A stretch of 64,000 nucleotides of DNA from Candidatus Obscuribacterales bacterium (GCA_965228855.1 CBDDIJ010000003.1:864001-928000), one strand, 5' to 3'; shown: positions 38,872 through 49,243, counted from the stretch's first letter. The notes: generated by a model not told the origin, from the sequence alone. Made by a program: numbers and translations.

Positions 38872-39546
38872 ATGTTCTTACTTCCGTGAGCGAGTGAATA
38901 GTAACGGAGAGGTGCAACGTGCGGCGCTGCGGTCGGATTAAATAAGTTAGTAAGTTGGTTCCGTCTACAATGTATATGCCCATCGTTACAGCAACGTGAC
39001 AGGTAAGTGACGTGGTCGATTTTGGCGCTTTCCAGACGAGAGTTTTTGGCGGGGGGACAGCGCAGGTGTTCCTTATATATTGTTCGCGTATTTTTCCTCG
39101 TTATCAAAATTGCCACTCACCCCATTAGCATTGCGGACGGTTTTAATTCTGAAACTCATTCTTGCTGCTTTGATCCATTCTAGTTTGTGGTGCCACTGTA
39201 TATGGTGCAACATTTGAACGAGAGTTTTTGAGTAGGTTGGGGTTGGTGATTGTTCATAGTTTCGGATCTTGGTTTTGTTGTTTCAGTAGCTTGTTTGGAT
39301 CGCAGGAAATTTATATGCCACTGTATGTAATGGCAGCGATTGTTTCAGTCTGTCAGGTGCTGGCTTCCCAGTCCGGATACCAGTCTTTAAACGCTGCACC
39401 TGTCAGGCTTTTCTAGATTTGCATTTTGGTGGAGTCTTCCGAAAAGGTTGATGTCAAGCAAAGAGTGCCGGACGAACGGATATTTTTTTCTGGACAACAG
39501 GGAGACTGATCGGTAAATTGGATGAATGGTATCATCGAATGGGCAA

Positions 39547-42500
39547 ATGACAGACCTACTGAGCACACGTCTTGATCGGTGGAAGCAGAAGCTGATCGAT
39601 CAGACACTGCACAATCCATTGCTCAATTTTAAGCCAAGCAAACTCACGACGATTTCCGTTGTCGATGGAAATCCCTCTGAAGTATTTCGCGCTCTTCAGA
39701 TTCAAGGGAAATCGATGACGTTCAGACCAGCTGTTGAAGGGCGTTCTGTTACAAAGCGATCATCGGTAGAATTTTCGCGTCACGGACAGAAGCCGTCTTC
39801 TTCAGCACCGTTCGATCTCGACCTTCAGACCAGTCTTAGTGCTGATGCCCTAAATCTGCACCTTTTGCGAATTTTCCAAAAGTCAGCCAGTCTCTTCGAG
39901 GAGCAAGGGTTTACCAGTCTGTGTTTATCGCTTGGTATGCTCGAATGGTTTGATGCCAAAGAAGGAAGTTCCATTCTCAAGGCTCCTCTGGTACTACTTC
40001 CGGTGCAGCTAGAACGCGAAACTGCCGGAAGCAAATTTATGCTGAAAGCCACGCAAGATGAGCCGGTGTTGAACCCGGCTATTTTTCAGAAACTTCGGTC
40101 TTCGCATCGCTTGAAGTTGCCGCCGCTTCCGGACAGTTTCGAAGACTTTCAACCGTTGACGTACTTCGCTATGTTTCAGCATGCGATCGAGCAGCTTCAG
40201 AATTGGCGAGTAACCGAAGACATCTTTTTGTCGTTTTTTGCATTCCAGAAGTTCGTGATGTATCGAGATCTGGAAGTTGCCGAGGATGTCTATACACAGC
40301 ACGAGATAATTCAAGCGCTAGGCACGGGAAAAGCGGAAACGTCCCAACTCGAAAGTTCCGTTGGCGAGTCCGAACATCTCGATCAAGTCTTAAAGCCGGA
40401 GACGACTTTCCAGGTACTTGATGCGGATTCTTCACAGCAGCAGGCGATTGTCGCAGTTCGCAGCGGCAAAAATCTGGTCATCGAGGGACCGCCCGGGACA
40501 GGCAAGTCTCAAACAATCACGAACATCATTGCGGAACTTCTGGCAGATGGTAAGACTGTTTTGTTTGTGAGCGAGAAAATTGCTGCGCTCGAGGTTGTTT
40601 TCAACCGCCTGGAGTCAGCCGGTTTGAAAGACTTTTGCCTGGAGCTGCACAGTAAGGGCACAAGCAAGAAGTCGGTTTATCAGGAACTGCAACGAGCGCT
40701 CGATAACTGTAGACCTCACGACCACAAAGAAGACGGTGATCTTAATCGTCTTGGTTTGTTGCGCTCATTCTTAAACGACTATGCCGAAGCCCTGCACCAG
40801 CCTTACGGCACTTTAAACATCACGCCGTTTAGAGCCATCGGAGAAATCAGCCTTTTGGAAACGGCTCCAGTTGTGAATGTCGTCTTTGATGAGATTTCTA
40901 CCTGTCAGATGGAAACGCTTGAAGAGACTTGTAGATCTTTCAAGCACCACTCTAAACTCGTTTCTGAAATCGGTCCTGTGCAAACTCATCCGTGGCGCGG
41001 CTCGGAGCTAAAAAAACTTTCTGCTGAAGAGCGAGATCATCTTTATGAGTTGATTGGCAACGCTCACTCTCTTTTATCTAAACTGAAGGGCAAAAGCGAA
41101 AAGCTGTCCGACGAACTGGGAGCGGCATGTCCGGGTACATTTGCTCAGCTCGAGATTTTGTGCGAGATCGGCTCATCTCTTGTTCGTTCACCGGGCACCA
41201 GCGAAGGGCTTTTGTTGAACGCCAGCTGGAACTCCATCAGTCCGGAAGTTGCTACGCTAATCGAGCGTGGAAAACACTACAGTGACGCATTGACTTCTGT
41301 GACAGAGTGCTTCCGCCAGGAGCTCCTAGACTTGGACTTCGAGCCGTTCTACAACTCTCACAGAGAGAAGGTTTCTAAATGGTATCGACACTTCGTTTTG
41401 AGTTACTGGAAAGAACGAATCTTCTTCCAGAAAAGATACCAGCAGAATTACAAACCTAATTCACTGGAACAGTTGCTTTCCGATATCGAGATTGCGTTGG
41501 CATGCCGAAAGTCGATGCTTCATGTTCTGGAACAGGATCGACTGGGGCACGATCTGTTTGGAGACAAATGGAAAGATCTTCATAGTGATTGGAACGAGCT
41601 GCGTGAGTTTGCAAACTGGATTGTAAATGTCCGCCGCTTCATCCTCGAAGATGCTTTGAAGCCACAGGGCATCGCGCTTGCCGCAAGCGGAACCAAGCAA
41701 AAGGACTCTATCGAAAAGAGCGTATCTGAGATTCGCGATCTTATTGATACTCTTCGCGTAAATCTCAGCAGAGTTTGCGACCTGGCGAAATTCGATATTG
41801 TGCGCGACGAGATTGTGGGACCAAATTGCAACTTGATTGAGCTTGGTCAGCGGCTCGAGGGAATGCATCAGGGCATTCGCCGAGTGCATGAGTGGATCTC
41901 ATACAATTTGTCGGTTGATGTTTGCAAATCTGGTTTTGCCGGAATATTTTTTGATAAATTCAGTGAGCAAAACCTGGACGCAACTCATCTGGAAGCATCC
42001 TTTAGAAGGTTCTTCTTCAGAAGATGGCTTGATATGGCTTTTGAAGAGCGTCCTATTCTTGGACGGTTTCAACCGATCAGGCACGAGGAGTTTATCAACG
42101 AGTTTCGCAGGCTTGATAGTCGTTCGCTCGAACTAGCGAAACAACGGCTCCGGCATAATGTCTGTCAGAGACGAGACCAACTACTTAAAACAAAGAGTTT
42201 CGAGGATGAACTGCGTATACTGCAACGGCAGATGCGCTCGCGAAGCAAACTGCCGCTTAGAAAATTGTTCAGGCAAGTTCCATCCGTCATCAAAGCAATA
42301 AAGCCATGTTTCATGATGAGCCCGATTTCTGCGGCTCAGTTTATAAACGCGACGAGTGCGCCGTTTGATGTAGTGATTTTCGACGAAGCCAGCCAAATCA
42401 CTATTGAGGATGCGCTGGGTGCGATTGTTCGTGGGCGGCAATTAATTGTTGTCGGCGATCCGAAACAGTTGCCTCCGACAGATTTCTTCCTGGGTCAAAC

Positions 42501-44325
42501 CTTCGACGAAGTGACATCTGATGAACGCGAAGACCTTCGAATGACCGATTTGGAGAGTGTGTTAGATGAGTGCATCGCTGCTTCCTTCCCCGTAAGCAAG
42601 TTGAAATGGCACTACAGAAGTCGGCACGAATCATTGATTGCGTTTTCTAACAAGAAATTCTATGACAGTGAACTTCTTACTTTCCCGGGACCGGACACTG
42701 GTGTTACAGAGCGTGGGCTGACGTTTGAATTTGTTGACGGAACCTACGAGGGGGCGGGAGTCAATCCGAAAGAGGCGTCGGCGATAGCGGACGCGGTTTG
42801 CCACCATGCAAGAACAACGCCGCATCTTTCGTTAGGCGTTGGCACTTTCAACGTAAAACAGATGATTTTGATAAAAGACGAAATCGATCGTCGTCGCCGT
42901 GAAGATCCCTCACTCGAGGCTTTCTTTTCGAAACGAGGCGAGGGCGAGTTCTTCGTTAAAAACCTGGAGACTATTCAGGGCGACGATCGAGATGTGATCT
43001 TCCTTAGTGTGACTTATGGACCCGGTGCCGATGGAAAAGTGCGATACAATTTCGGTCCAATTAACGGTCAAAATGGTTGGAGAAGACTCAACGTAATTTT
43101 GACGCGTTCAAAGCTCCGTATGCGTGTCTTCTCATCGATGCGAGCGGAAGATATCGACTTGTCGCGTGCCTCTACTGATGGTGCTAGGTATTTACGGGAG
43201 TTTCTCCATTTTGCTGAACGGGAAACTTCGATAGTTCAGGACGTGGATCAGACGCAATTAATTGAGACACCGTTTGAGCGAGCTGTTTTCGATGAGCTGA
43301 CAAAGAAAGGTCTGCGTCTGGTTCCTAAAGTAGGGCAGGCTGGATACAAAGTAGACTTCGCTGTCTTTGATGAGGAGTTTCAAGGTCGTTTCGTCATTGG
43401 TATCGAATGTGATGGCGCCACGTATCACAGCGCTGCCACTGCCAGAGATAGAGATAGGCTGCGACAACAGGTTTTGGAAGGTCTGGGTTGGCACCTGATA
43501 CGCATTTGGTCAACAGATTGGTTCCACAATCGGGATGTTCAGATTGCAAGAGTTGTTGATTTCGTCAGCAAGGTCAAAGAAGAGCTGAGAAAAGAGCCTC
43601 CAGCATTACCGCTCATTGATTTTGCACCCACTAAAGAAGATTCTTCCCAGCAATTGGAAAACATCGAATCTGTCGATTCGGCTGCGGCAAAGAATTCCGC
43701 ACCAACTGTGACAAATCAGCATAGTCCAGCGCCAGAGCCAGAACCCCAGCAGCAAGCGTCGGAACGTGAAACAATTGATTCCTATTCGATCACTCCTATC
43801 GAGATATTGGGTGATGCGCAAGCGTTCAACGCCGCGACAGATCAGACAATTGAATCAGTAATTCAAAAGGTGCTCGAGCACGAAGCTCCAATACATGGTG
43901 ACGAACTCAAGAAGCGCGTTGCGGCGCACTGGCAAATTTCGCGTGTTGGCACCAGAATTAGCTCGCGTCTAGACGGAGTTCTAATCGGATTGTTGAAAGC
44001 CAAGCAAGCGTTTTGCCGAGGCGAATTCATATGGAAGGATGAGCCGACCTCGATTGCGCCCAGGTGCCGCCGCAGTGTCGAAGGTTATTCTTTCTCGACA
44101 GAAACTATTCCGCCCGAAGAGCTCGATCAGTGCATCGAGATGATTCTTCGTGATTCAAAAGGACGGACGAAAGAGGAAATCATCTCAGACGTTTCCCGGT
44201 CAATGGGATTTAGAAGAGCCGGACAAAAATTGTCCGACAGTATTTCTCAGAGGATTCAGCGCATGATGGATCAGTCGCTGCTCGAGCCATGCAGCGCAGG
44301 ATTGAGGCTCCCTGTCACGCGATAA
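39547..44325 (+). CDS. DUF4011 - SF1 helicase - Vsr/REase-like - DUF3320 protein (Hhe-like putative anti-phage)
   Basis: WKQKLID...NPLLNF; GPPGTGKS; DEASQ; GDPKQLPP; HYRS; IQGDDRD; ECDG..YH....RDRDR.RQ..LE.LGW...RIWS.DW. Confidence 0.88.
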   Translation: MTDLLSTRLDRWKQKLIDQTLHNPLLNFKPSKLTTISVVDGNPSEVFRALQIQGKSMTFRPAVEGRSVTKRSSVEFSRHGQKPSSSAPFDLDLQTSLSADALNLHLLRIFQKSASLFEEQGFTSLCLSLGMLEWFDAKEGSSILKAPLVLLPVQLERETAGSKFMLKATQDEPVLNPAIFQKLRSSHRLKLPPLPDSFEDFQPLTYFAMFQHAIEQLQNWRVTEDIFLSFFAFQKFVMYRDLEVAEDVYTQHEIIQALGTGKAETSQLESSVGESEHLDQVLKPETTFQVLDADSSQQQAIVAVRSGKNLVIEGPPGTGKSQTITNIIAELLADGKTVLFVSEKIAALEVVFNRLESAGLKDFCLELHSKGTSKKSVYQELQRALDNCRPHDHKEDGDLNRLGLLRSFLNDYAEALHQPYGTLNITPFRAIGEISLLETAPVVNVVFDEISTCQMETLEETCRSFKHHSKLVSEIGPVQTHPWRGSELKKLSAEERDHLYELIGNAHSLLSKLKGKSEKLSDELGAACPGTFAQLEILCEIGSSLVRSPGTSEGLLLNASWNSISPEVATLIERGKHYSDALTSVTECFRQELLDLDFEPFYNSHREKVSKWYRHFVLSYWKERIFFQKRYQQNYKPNSLEQLLSDIEIALACRKSMLHVLEQDRLGHDLFGDKWKDLHSDWNELREFANWIVNVRRFILEDALKPQGIALAASGTKQKDSIEKSVSEIRDLIDTLRVNLSRVCDLAKFDIVRDEIVGPNCNLIELGQRLEGMHQGIRRVHEWISYNLSVDVCKSGFAGIFFDKFSEQNLDATHLEASFRRFFFRRWLDMAFEERPILGRFQPIRHEEFINEFRRLDSRSLELAKQRLRHNVCQRRDQLLKTKSFEDELRILQRQMRSRSKLPLRKLFRQVPSVIKAIKPCFMMSPISAAQFINATSAPFDVVIFDEASQITIEDALGAIVRGRQLIVVGDPKQLPPTDFFLGQTFDEVTSDEREDLRMTDLESVLDECIAASFPVSKLKWHYRSRHESLIAFSNKKFYDSELLTFPGPDTGVTERGLTFEFVDGTYEGAGVNPKEASAIADAVCHHARTTPHLSLGVGTFNVKQMILIKDEIDRRRREDPSLEAFFSKRGEGEFFVKNLETIQGDDRDVIFLSVTYGPGADGKVRYNFGPINGQNGWRRLNVILTRSKLRMRVFSSMRAEDIDLSRASTDGARYLREFLHFAERETSIVQDVDQTQLIETPFERAVFDELTKKGLRLVPKVGQAGYKVDFAVFDEEFQGRFVIGIECDGATYHSAATARDRDRLRQQVLEGLGWHLIRIWSTDWFHNRDVQIARVVDFVSKVKEELRKEPPALPLIDFAPTKEDSSQQLENIESVDSAAAKNSAPTVTNQHSPAPEPEPQQQASERETIDSYSITPIEILGDAQAFNAATDQTIESVIQKVLEHEAPIHGDELKKRVAAHWQISRVGTRISSRLDGVLIGLLKAKQAFCRGEFIWKDEPTSIAPRCRRSVEGYSFSTETIPPEELDQCIEMILRDSKGRTKEEIISDVSRSMGFRRAGQKLSDSISQRIQRMMDQSLLEPCSAGLRLPVTR

Positions 44326-44398
44326 TTCTTGTTGCTCTCTTTGCTGAGGAGCTTCGGGCATGTCGAAGGAAACGCAAACGGTCCTCTGCGAAGAACTG

Positions 44399-44710
44399 CT
44401 AGAACACTTTGTTCCAAACTTTCTTGGTCTCTTTCACGCCTTTTTTGATGCCACCATCGGTTTCTTTGAGTCCCTTTTTGACTCCACCTTCGGTGACTTT
44501 GACGCCTTTCTTTACTCCGCCCTCAGTTACTCGAAGACCTTTCTTGGTTCCGCCTACGGTGACACTGACTCCCTTTTTGACACCGCGTTCGCTGGCTCCG
44601 ACTGCCTTCTTCACTGCGCCGGCATGCGCAGGAAGGCTAGACGAAACTGACAGTAGTACCGCAAATAATCCAACGGTTAACACTGAGGGTTGAAGGAGTT
44701 TGTAGTTCAT
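44399..44710 (-). CDS. Small secreted Lys/Gly/Val-rich protein with six 11-residue repeats
   Basis: Signal peptide ending in AHA; GVKKGVKVTEG-type repeats with a 33-bp period. Confidence 0.75.
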   Translation of the reverse strand: MNYKLLQPSVLTVGLFAVLLSVSSSLPAHAGAVKKAVGASERGVKKGVSVTVGGTKKGLRVTEGGVKKGVKVTEGGVKKGLKETDGGIKKGVKETKKVWNKVF

Positions 44711-44781
44711 TATTGGGACCTTCAGGAAAGCTCTCTTCGTCCAATTTTAACATGGTTCTGAATTGGCCCGAACCGGCAGGT

Positions 44782-46017
44782 TCAATCCGGAGACGCTGCC
44801 AAAATCATCGAAGTGTTTGTACCGCCGAATCCAAAGCTGTTATTCATTACGATCTTGGGCGCGAAGTGCGCGTCTGTGACTGAAGGTATTTTAAATTCGA
44901 ATTCCGGACATGGGGAAGTAAGGTTGTGTGCCGGAGCTATAAACTGATGTTTCATCATGAGAACACAAAACACCGCCTCGACAGCACCGGCTGCGCCGCA
45001 AAGATGACCGGTCAGGCTCTTGGTGCTCGAAACAAATGTTTTCGTAGAGTGCTCTTTGAGTGCTTGTTTTATCGCGATGGCTTCAGTTCGGTCTCCCTGC
45101 GGTGTGCTTGTTGCATGCGCATTGATATAGTCAATACTGCTCGCGTCAAGCTCTGCCTCATCCAACGCTTCTTGCATTGCCATCAACGCACCGGCGCCTT
45201 CCGGCTGTGGGTCAGTGACATGATAGCCGTCGGAGGCAGTGCCAAAGCCTAGAATTTCCGCGTAGATTTTTGCACCACGCGCAATCGCGGAATTAAACTC
45301 TTCGAGAACCAAAATTGCTGCACCTTCTCCAAGGACAAAACCGTCTCTTTGAGAGTCAAACGGTCTGGACGCATCTTGATACTCCTCGTTTCGCTTCGAA
45401 AGTGTTCTGGCAGCAGCAAAGCCCGATATGCTCAGAACTGAAATCGGGGCTTCAGCACCTCCAGTCAGCCAAACTGTACGACGGCCAGTCTGTATTTCTC
45501 GGAATGCCTGACCGATGGCTTGGGAACCGCTAGCGCACGCAGAAGAGATTGCGTAGTTAGGACCGGTGATACCGTATTTGATGCTAATTTGTCCGCTTGC
45601 GAGATTAGAGAGGATAGATGGCACGAAGAATGGTCCGATTTTTCGGTTTCCGCGAATCTGGAGCGCAGATTCCTCTATGGTTCGCAGTCCGCCCAATCCA
45701 ACACCAAGCGAAATTCCTGCGTGCTTGAGTAGCTCTGGCGACAGGACCGAGTCTTCTACAGCTAGCTGGCTGGCAGCCAAAGCGAGTTGAATAAAGCGGT
45801 CGTTTCGTCGAATGGCTTTGCTATCCAGGAAATCTGTAGCATCAAAGTCAGATATCTCTCCTGCAAAGGTCACCGGCAAATCTTTCGTGTCAATCTGCGT
45901 AATCGGCTTGATTCCGCTTCTCGCGCCACGGAGGCTTGCAACGATATCGTCGTTTGTCGAGCCAATGGGTGTGACGGCGCCTACGCCAGTAATAACTACT
46001 CTTTTCAGGGTTCTCAT
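44782..46017 (-). CDS. fabF: Beta-ketoacyl-ACP synthase II paralog
   Basis: RVVITG.G, SACASG (Cys), NAHATST (His), KSLTGH (His), NSFGFGGTN. Confidence 0.92.
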   Translation of the reverse strand: MRTLKRVVITGVGAVTPIGSTNDDIVASLRGARSGIKPITQIDTKDLPVTFAGEISDFDATDFLDSKAIRRNDRFIQLALAASQLAVEDSVLSPELLKHAGISLGVGLGGLRTIEESALQIRGNRKIGPFFVPSILSNLASGQISIKYGITGPNYAISSACASGSQAIGQAFREIQTGRRTVWLTGGAEAPISVLSISGFAAARTLSKRNEEYQDASRPFDSQRDGFVLGEGAAILVLEEFNSAIARGAKIYAEILGFGTASDGYHVTDPQPEGAGALMAMQEALDEAELDASSIDYINAHATSTPQGDRTEAIAIKQALKEHSTKTFVSSTKSLTGHLCGAAGAVEAVFCVLMMKHQFIAPAHNLTSPCPEFEFKIPSVTDAHFAPKIVMNNSFGFGGTNTSMILAASPD

Positions 46018-46092
46018 ATGTGCCAACCAAGGTGAAGTCGAGAAGGTGATCGCGATAAGATCGCATGCTCCGAAGTCCGGAAGGTAATGGGC

Positions 46093-47469
46093 TTACGAAA
46101 CGAAGCACTTACCAAACATAAGCAGGAGTCTGGGAGACCCTTTCAGTTTGATTTTTCCTGTGAGCAGAGCCAACGGCAGGTAGGTTCGGTTTGACAGGAA
46201 CTTCAACCATGCGGCACTATCGGCGGTGACAATAAGGTTGGCTTTTTCTGCTACACCATCTGTCACACTGACACGTTGATTCTTGATTGTGACGATGGCT
46301 TCACGCTGTTCCTTACCTGTGAATTTAAACTGGTACGTGACGTCAAGCCCTTTTGCCTGTTCTGGTTGGAATATTCTGCGCATGCCCGTCAAAAATCCGT
46401 TAATGCTTTGAGGCCTTATGCCGTTGTGGACGCGCTTAACTGTCTTGTGCGGAAATCGTTTCTGCACATATGTTTCAGCGTCTGAGCCAGGAACAACGTA
46501 AATTGTTTCCCTTTTGTCCTGAAGAGGTTTAAGAACTTCTTTGACAAAATCCTGTCGGCGCTCCAGAAATGGTGCAATCACATCTTCCCCTGCCGGACAT
46601 GTCGCCATGCAGTATGCCGCCTTGTAATTGGCTCCGAATGATAAGCTCTGCCACATTGAGACATTCTCGCCTAGAGAGACCTTCTCACGGAAATCTTCTG
46701 GAGTTTTACTTTCAATCACGTTGTCGACCCAGTTCTGGAAGCCTCCGAGAAATTCTCGATAATTGTGCGTCAGGCACGCCGAGCCGTTGAAATAGCCATC
46801 AGGTGCGATTGCCCCGACAGGACACGCAGCAACACACAACTTGCAGCTTAAGCATGGGTTGTAATCGATGGGCTTCGTATAGGACGTAAGTGGCGTGTCG
46901 AGCAAAATAGTACCAAGCAAAATAAAGTTGCCGAACTTGGGATGGATGACATTTCGGTGGATGCCCATCTTGCCGGTTCCGGCTGCCTCCGCAACGATCT
47001 TGTGTGCAATCAGCCAGATCCGCTCTGGAAATTTATGGATCTCCATAGGAAAGCCCATCGTGACGTTGATGGCTCTGATGCCATGATCCTCTAACTGTCG
47101 GACGATTCGCCTGGCAATGTCATCGACATCGTGTCCGGCATGATGGAACTCGGTGTTGGCTATTGACCGGGCGGGATTTCTGACATCGTCCCGGTTCATC
47201 CTGCAGACAATGCTGACCAGTGACTTTGTGTGTGGAAAACATTCTAGAATCTTATCTCGCTCGGCCCCGAGTCCCTGGCTCTCGATTGGAATGAAACCGA
47301 CGTCGTCGGCACCTATTTCGAGGCACAATTCACGAAGCCACGCGGTGTCAAGACTTGTTGGCTTGTTATTGTTTGCTGAGCTATTTGATAGATAGTTCTT
47401 TACCGTTGGGTGGTCAGCAAATTGTTTAACTGTTTGCTGGAGTTGTTTTGCGTCTTCTTTTAAACTCAT
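46093..47469 (-). CDS. QueG/reductive-dehalogenase-like 4Fe-4S protein fused to an SCP2 sterol-binding domain
   Basis: GADDVG, HK..A.AAG.G.MG, CLSCKLCVAACPVGAI, CMATCP; C-terminal YQFKFTG...GKIKLKG. Confidence 0.8.
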   Translation of the reverse strand: MSLKEDAKQLQQTVKQFADHPTVKNYLSNSSANNNKPTSLDTAWLRELCLEIGADDVGFIPIESQGLGAERDKILECFPHTKSLVSIVCRMNRDDVRNPARSIANTEFHHAGHDVDDIARRIVRQLEDHGIRAINVTMGFPMEIHKFPERIWLIAHKIVAEAAGTGKMGIHRNVIHPKFGNFILLGTILLDTPLTSYTKPIDYNPCLSCKLCVAACPVGAIAPDGYFNGSACLTHNYREFLGGFQNWVDNVIESKTPEDFREKVSLGENVSMWQSLSFGANYKAAYCMATCPAGEDVIAPFLERRQDFVKEVLKPLQDKRETIYVVPGSDAETYVQKRFPHKTVKRVHNGIRPQSINGFLTGMRRIFQPEQAKGLDVTYQFKFTGKEQREAIVTIKNQRVSVTDGVAEKANLIVTADSAAWLKFLSNRTYLPLALLTGKIKLKGSPRLLLMFGKCFVS

Positions 47470-47486
47470 AAATTAGCCTTTGATGC

Positions 47487-47498
47487 GTGTATCTGCAC
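47487..47498. promoter_or_regulatory. Putative MarR operator 2
   Basis: GTGTATCTGCAC, an imperfect palindrome 10/12 identical to 47986-47997. Confidence 0.55.
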
Positions 47499-47515
47499 CT
47501 ATTGGGGAAAGAAAA

Positions 47516-47980
47516 TTACTGGATTGATGCCAAAGTCGTGACGACAGCAAGTTTCTTAGATAGCTCTGACCAATTTTGCTTTCCTAACCGTGCTAGCAGG
47601 GAATTTTGGGCTTCTTCCCACAAAGGAAACGCCTTAAGCAGTATGTCTCTTCCTGACTGGGTTACTTTCAATAGTTTGACTCGTTTATCTTTGCCTTGTT
47701 CAACTTCAGCCAAGCCGTTCTTGACGAGAACATCCACATTGCGGGTAAGGGTCGTTCTGTCCATTACGAGTTCCTCCGCCAAAGTGCTCACAGAAACCGG
47801 TCCAGCAATCGACAAGGAAACGAGAAGAGTTAATTGGGTGACCTTGAGCCCGCACTCCTCCAGTGCAGCATCGTAGTACTGCGTTATCGCTCTCGATGCC
47901 TTTCTCAATTTAAAGCATGCGCAGTTTAATGCAATCTGTCGGGCTTGGCTATCCAGAGTGTTTTTTTGCGAGTTGTCCAT
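47516..47980 (-). CDS. MarR family regulator
   Basis: CACFKLRKASRAITQYYD, LAEELVMDRTTLTRN, DKR and T..G motifs. Confidence 0.93.
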   Translation of the reverse strand: MDNSQKNTLDSQARQIALNCACFKLRKASRAITQYYDAALEECGLKVTQLTLLVSLSIAGPVSVSTLAEELVMDRTTLTRNVDVLVKNGLAEVEQGKDKRVKLLKVTQSGRDILLKAFPLWEEAQNSLLARLGKQNWSELSKKLAVVTTLASIQ

Positions 47981-47985
47981 AATGG

Positions 47986-48015
47986 GAGTATATGCACGCA
48001 AGTTGATTTTGTCAA
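47986..48015 (-). promoter_or_regulatory. marR promoter with overlapping putative operator
   Basis: Minus strand TTGACA (48015-48010), 17 nt, TATACT (47992-47987), 6 nt, ATG; palindrome GAGTATATGCAC overlaps the -10. Confidence 0.75.
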
Positions 48016-48216
48016 ATATCGGTGTCCAGGCATCGTGGTTATTGCGATGACGATTCCACCACCGCCGTGAAATTCCGAACTCGGAATTCTACAAGAGTCC
48101 GTCCGCATGCACGAGAGTTATTTGAGCGCCGTTGTCCCATCTAGAGCCTTCGGTAAAGTGCGCGTCGTCCCATTTCAATATGATCATGAATCGGATGGAA
48201 CCGGCGCGGCATATCG

Positions 48217-48864
48217 CTAAATGCGAACAATGACGTCTTCAGCCTGGAATCGCACTTTCGGAGCCTGAGCGTACTTATCATCCGAGGCTCTATAGCCTAC
48301 CGGGCAAATCACTACTGAATGGCAGCCCAGTTTTTCGAGTCCAAGAATTTTGTCATATGCTGCCGCATCGAAACCTTCCATGGGGCAGGCGTCAACTCCA
48401 AGGTGCGCAGCCGCTGTAAGCAGGGTGCCCAGGGCGATGTAGCACTGTTTCGCCGCCCAAGTTTCTTTGTCTTTTGAGTTACTCAGAAACCCTTTAATCA
48501 TGGCTGAATATGACGCGAGTGAATCGACGGTGACACCGCGAGTAGTGGCAGATGCATTGAGAAATTTATCTACAAACGCCTCGTCGAGTTCGGCAATCCT
48601 GCAAATCACAACGAGGTGCGAGCAGTCCTGTGGTTGCATTTGTCCCCACGAAACCGCCGGCAGCTGTTTCTTAATTTCCGGATCCGATACAACAACAAAC
48701 TTCCACGGCTGCAGACCGAAGCTGGAGGCGCTAAGACGAAGTGCTTCCAACAGTTTTGCCAGCGTTTCGTCATCCAGCTTTTTCTCGCTGTCAAACTTCT
48801 TGGTGGCGTAGCGCCAGTTCAAACTGTCGACTATCTCCGGAAGCACTTTTCTTGCATCAGTCAT
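48217..48864 (-). CDS. NAD(P)H-dependent nitroreductase (NfsB-like)
   Basis: WRYATKKFD, SSFGLQPW, DACPMEGFD and GYR motifs; GAGG RBS before ATG 48864. Confidence 0.92.
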   Translation of the reverse strand: MTDARKVLPEIVDSLNWRYATKKFDSEKKLDDETLAKLLEALRLSASSFGLQPWKFVVVSDPEIKKQLPAVSWGQMQPQDCSHLVVICRIAELDEAFVDKFLNASATTRGVTVDSLASYSAMIKGFLSNSKDKETWAAKQCYIALGTLLTAAAHLGVDACPMEGFDAAAYDKILGLEKLGCHSVVICPVGYRASDDKYAQAPKVRFQAEDVIVRI

Positions 48865-49243
48865 CGACGATTCCTCATTCTTTGTGTAAGCGCAATTTCT
48901 CCCTGCGCCGAGAAAGATTATGACGGCAGAGCGCCCCCAATTGCTACCGCGTGTATTGATTTTGTAATCTCGAAAAACAGTAACCGTCAGGCGTTCACTC
49001 TGAATCTCATGCAGCCCTAAACGAGCTCTAAGCGGATGTGACATCTCTTAAGTGATCGTTTCGAGTAACTTTCTGATAAAGTTATGTCTTGCCTTTGTTC
49101 CTGGAAAATAAGGGCGCCTCACGAACGCAATAAAGCAGACTTAGTGGACGGTGCGATAAATCGTTCTTTGAGTTCGTTCGCAAAAGTTTCGAAATAGATT
49201 TCCACAATTTAAATCGCAGAATCATATTGAAGGAGTTAGTTGA

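Noticed and set aside
48865..49044. 60-aa N-terminal extension of the nitroreductase
   Set aside because: The family-like sequence and RBS begin at ATG 48864.
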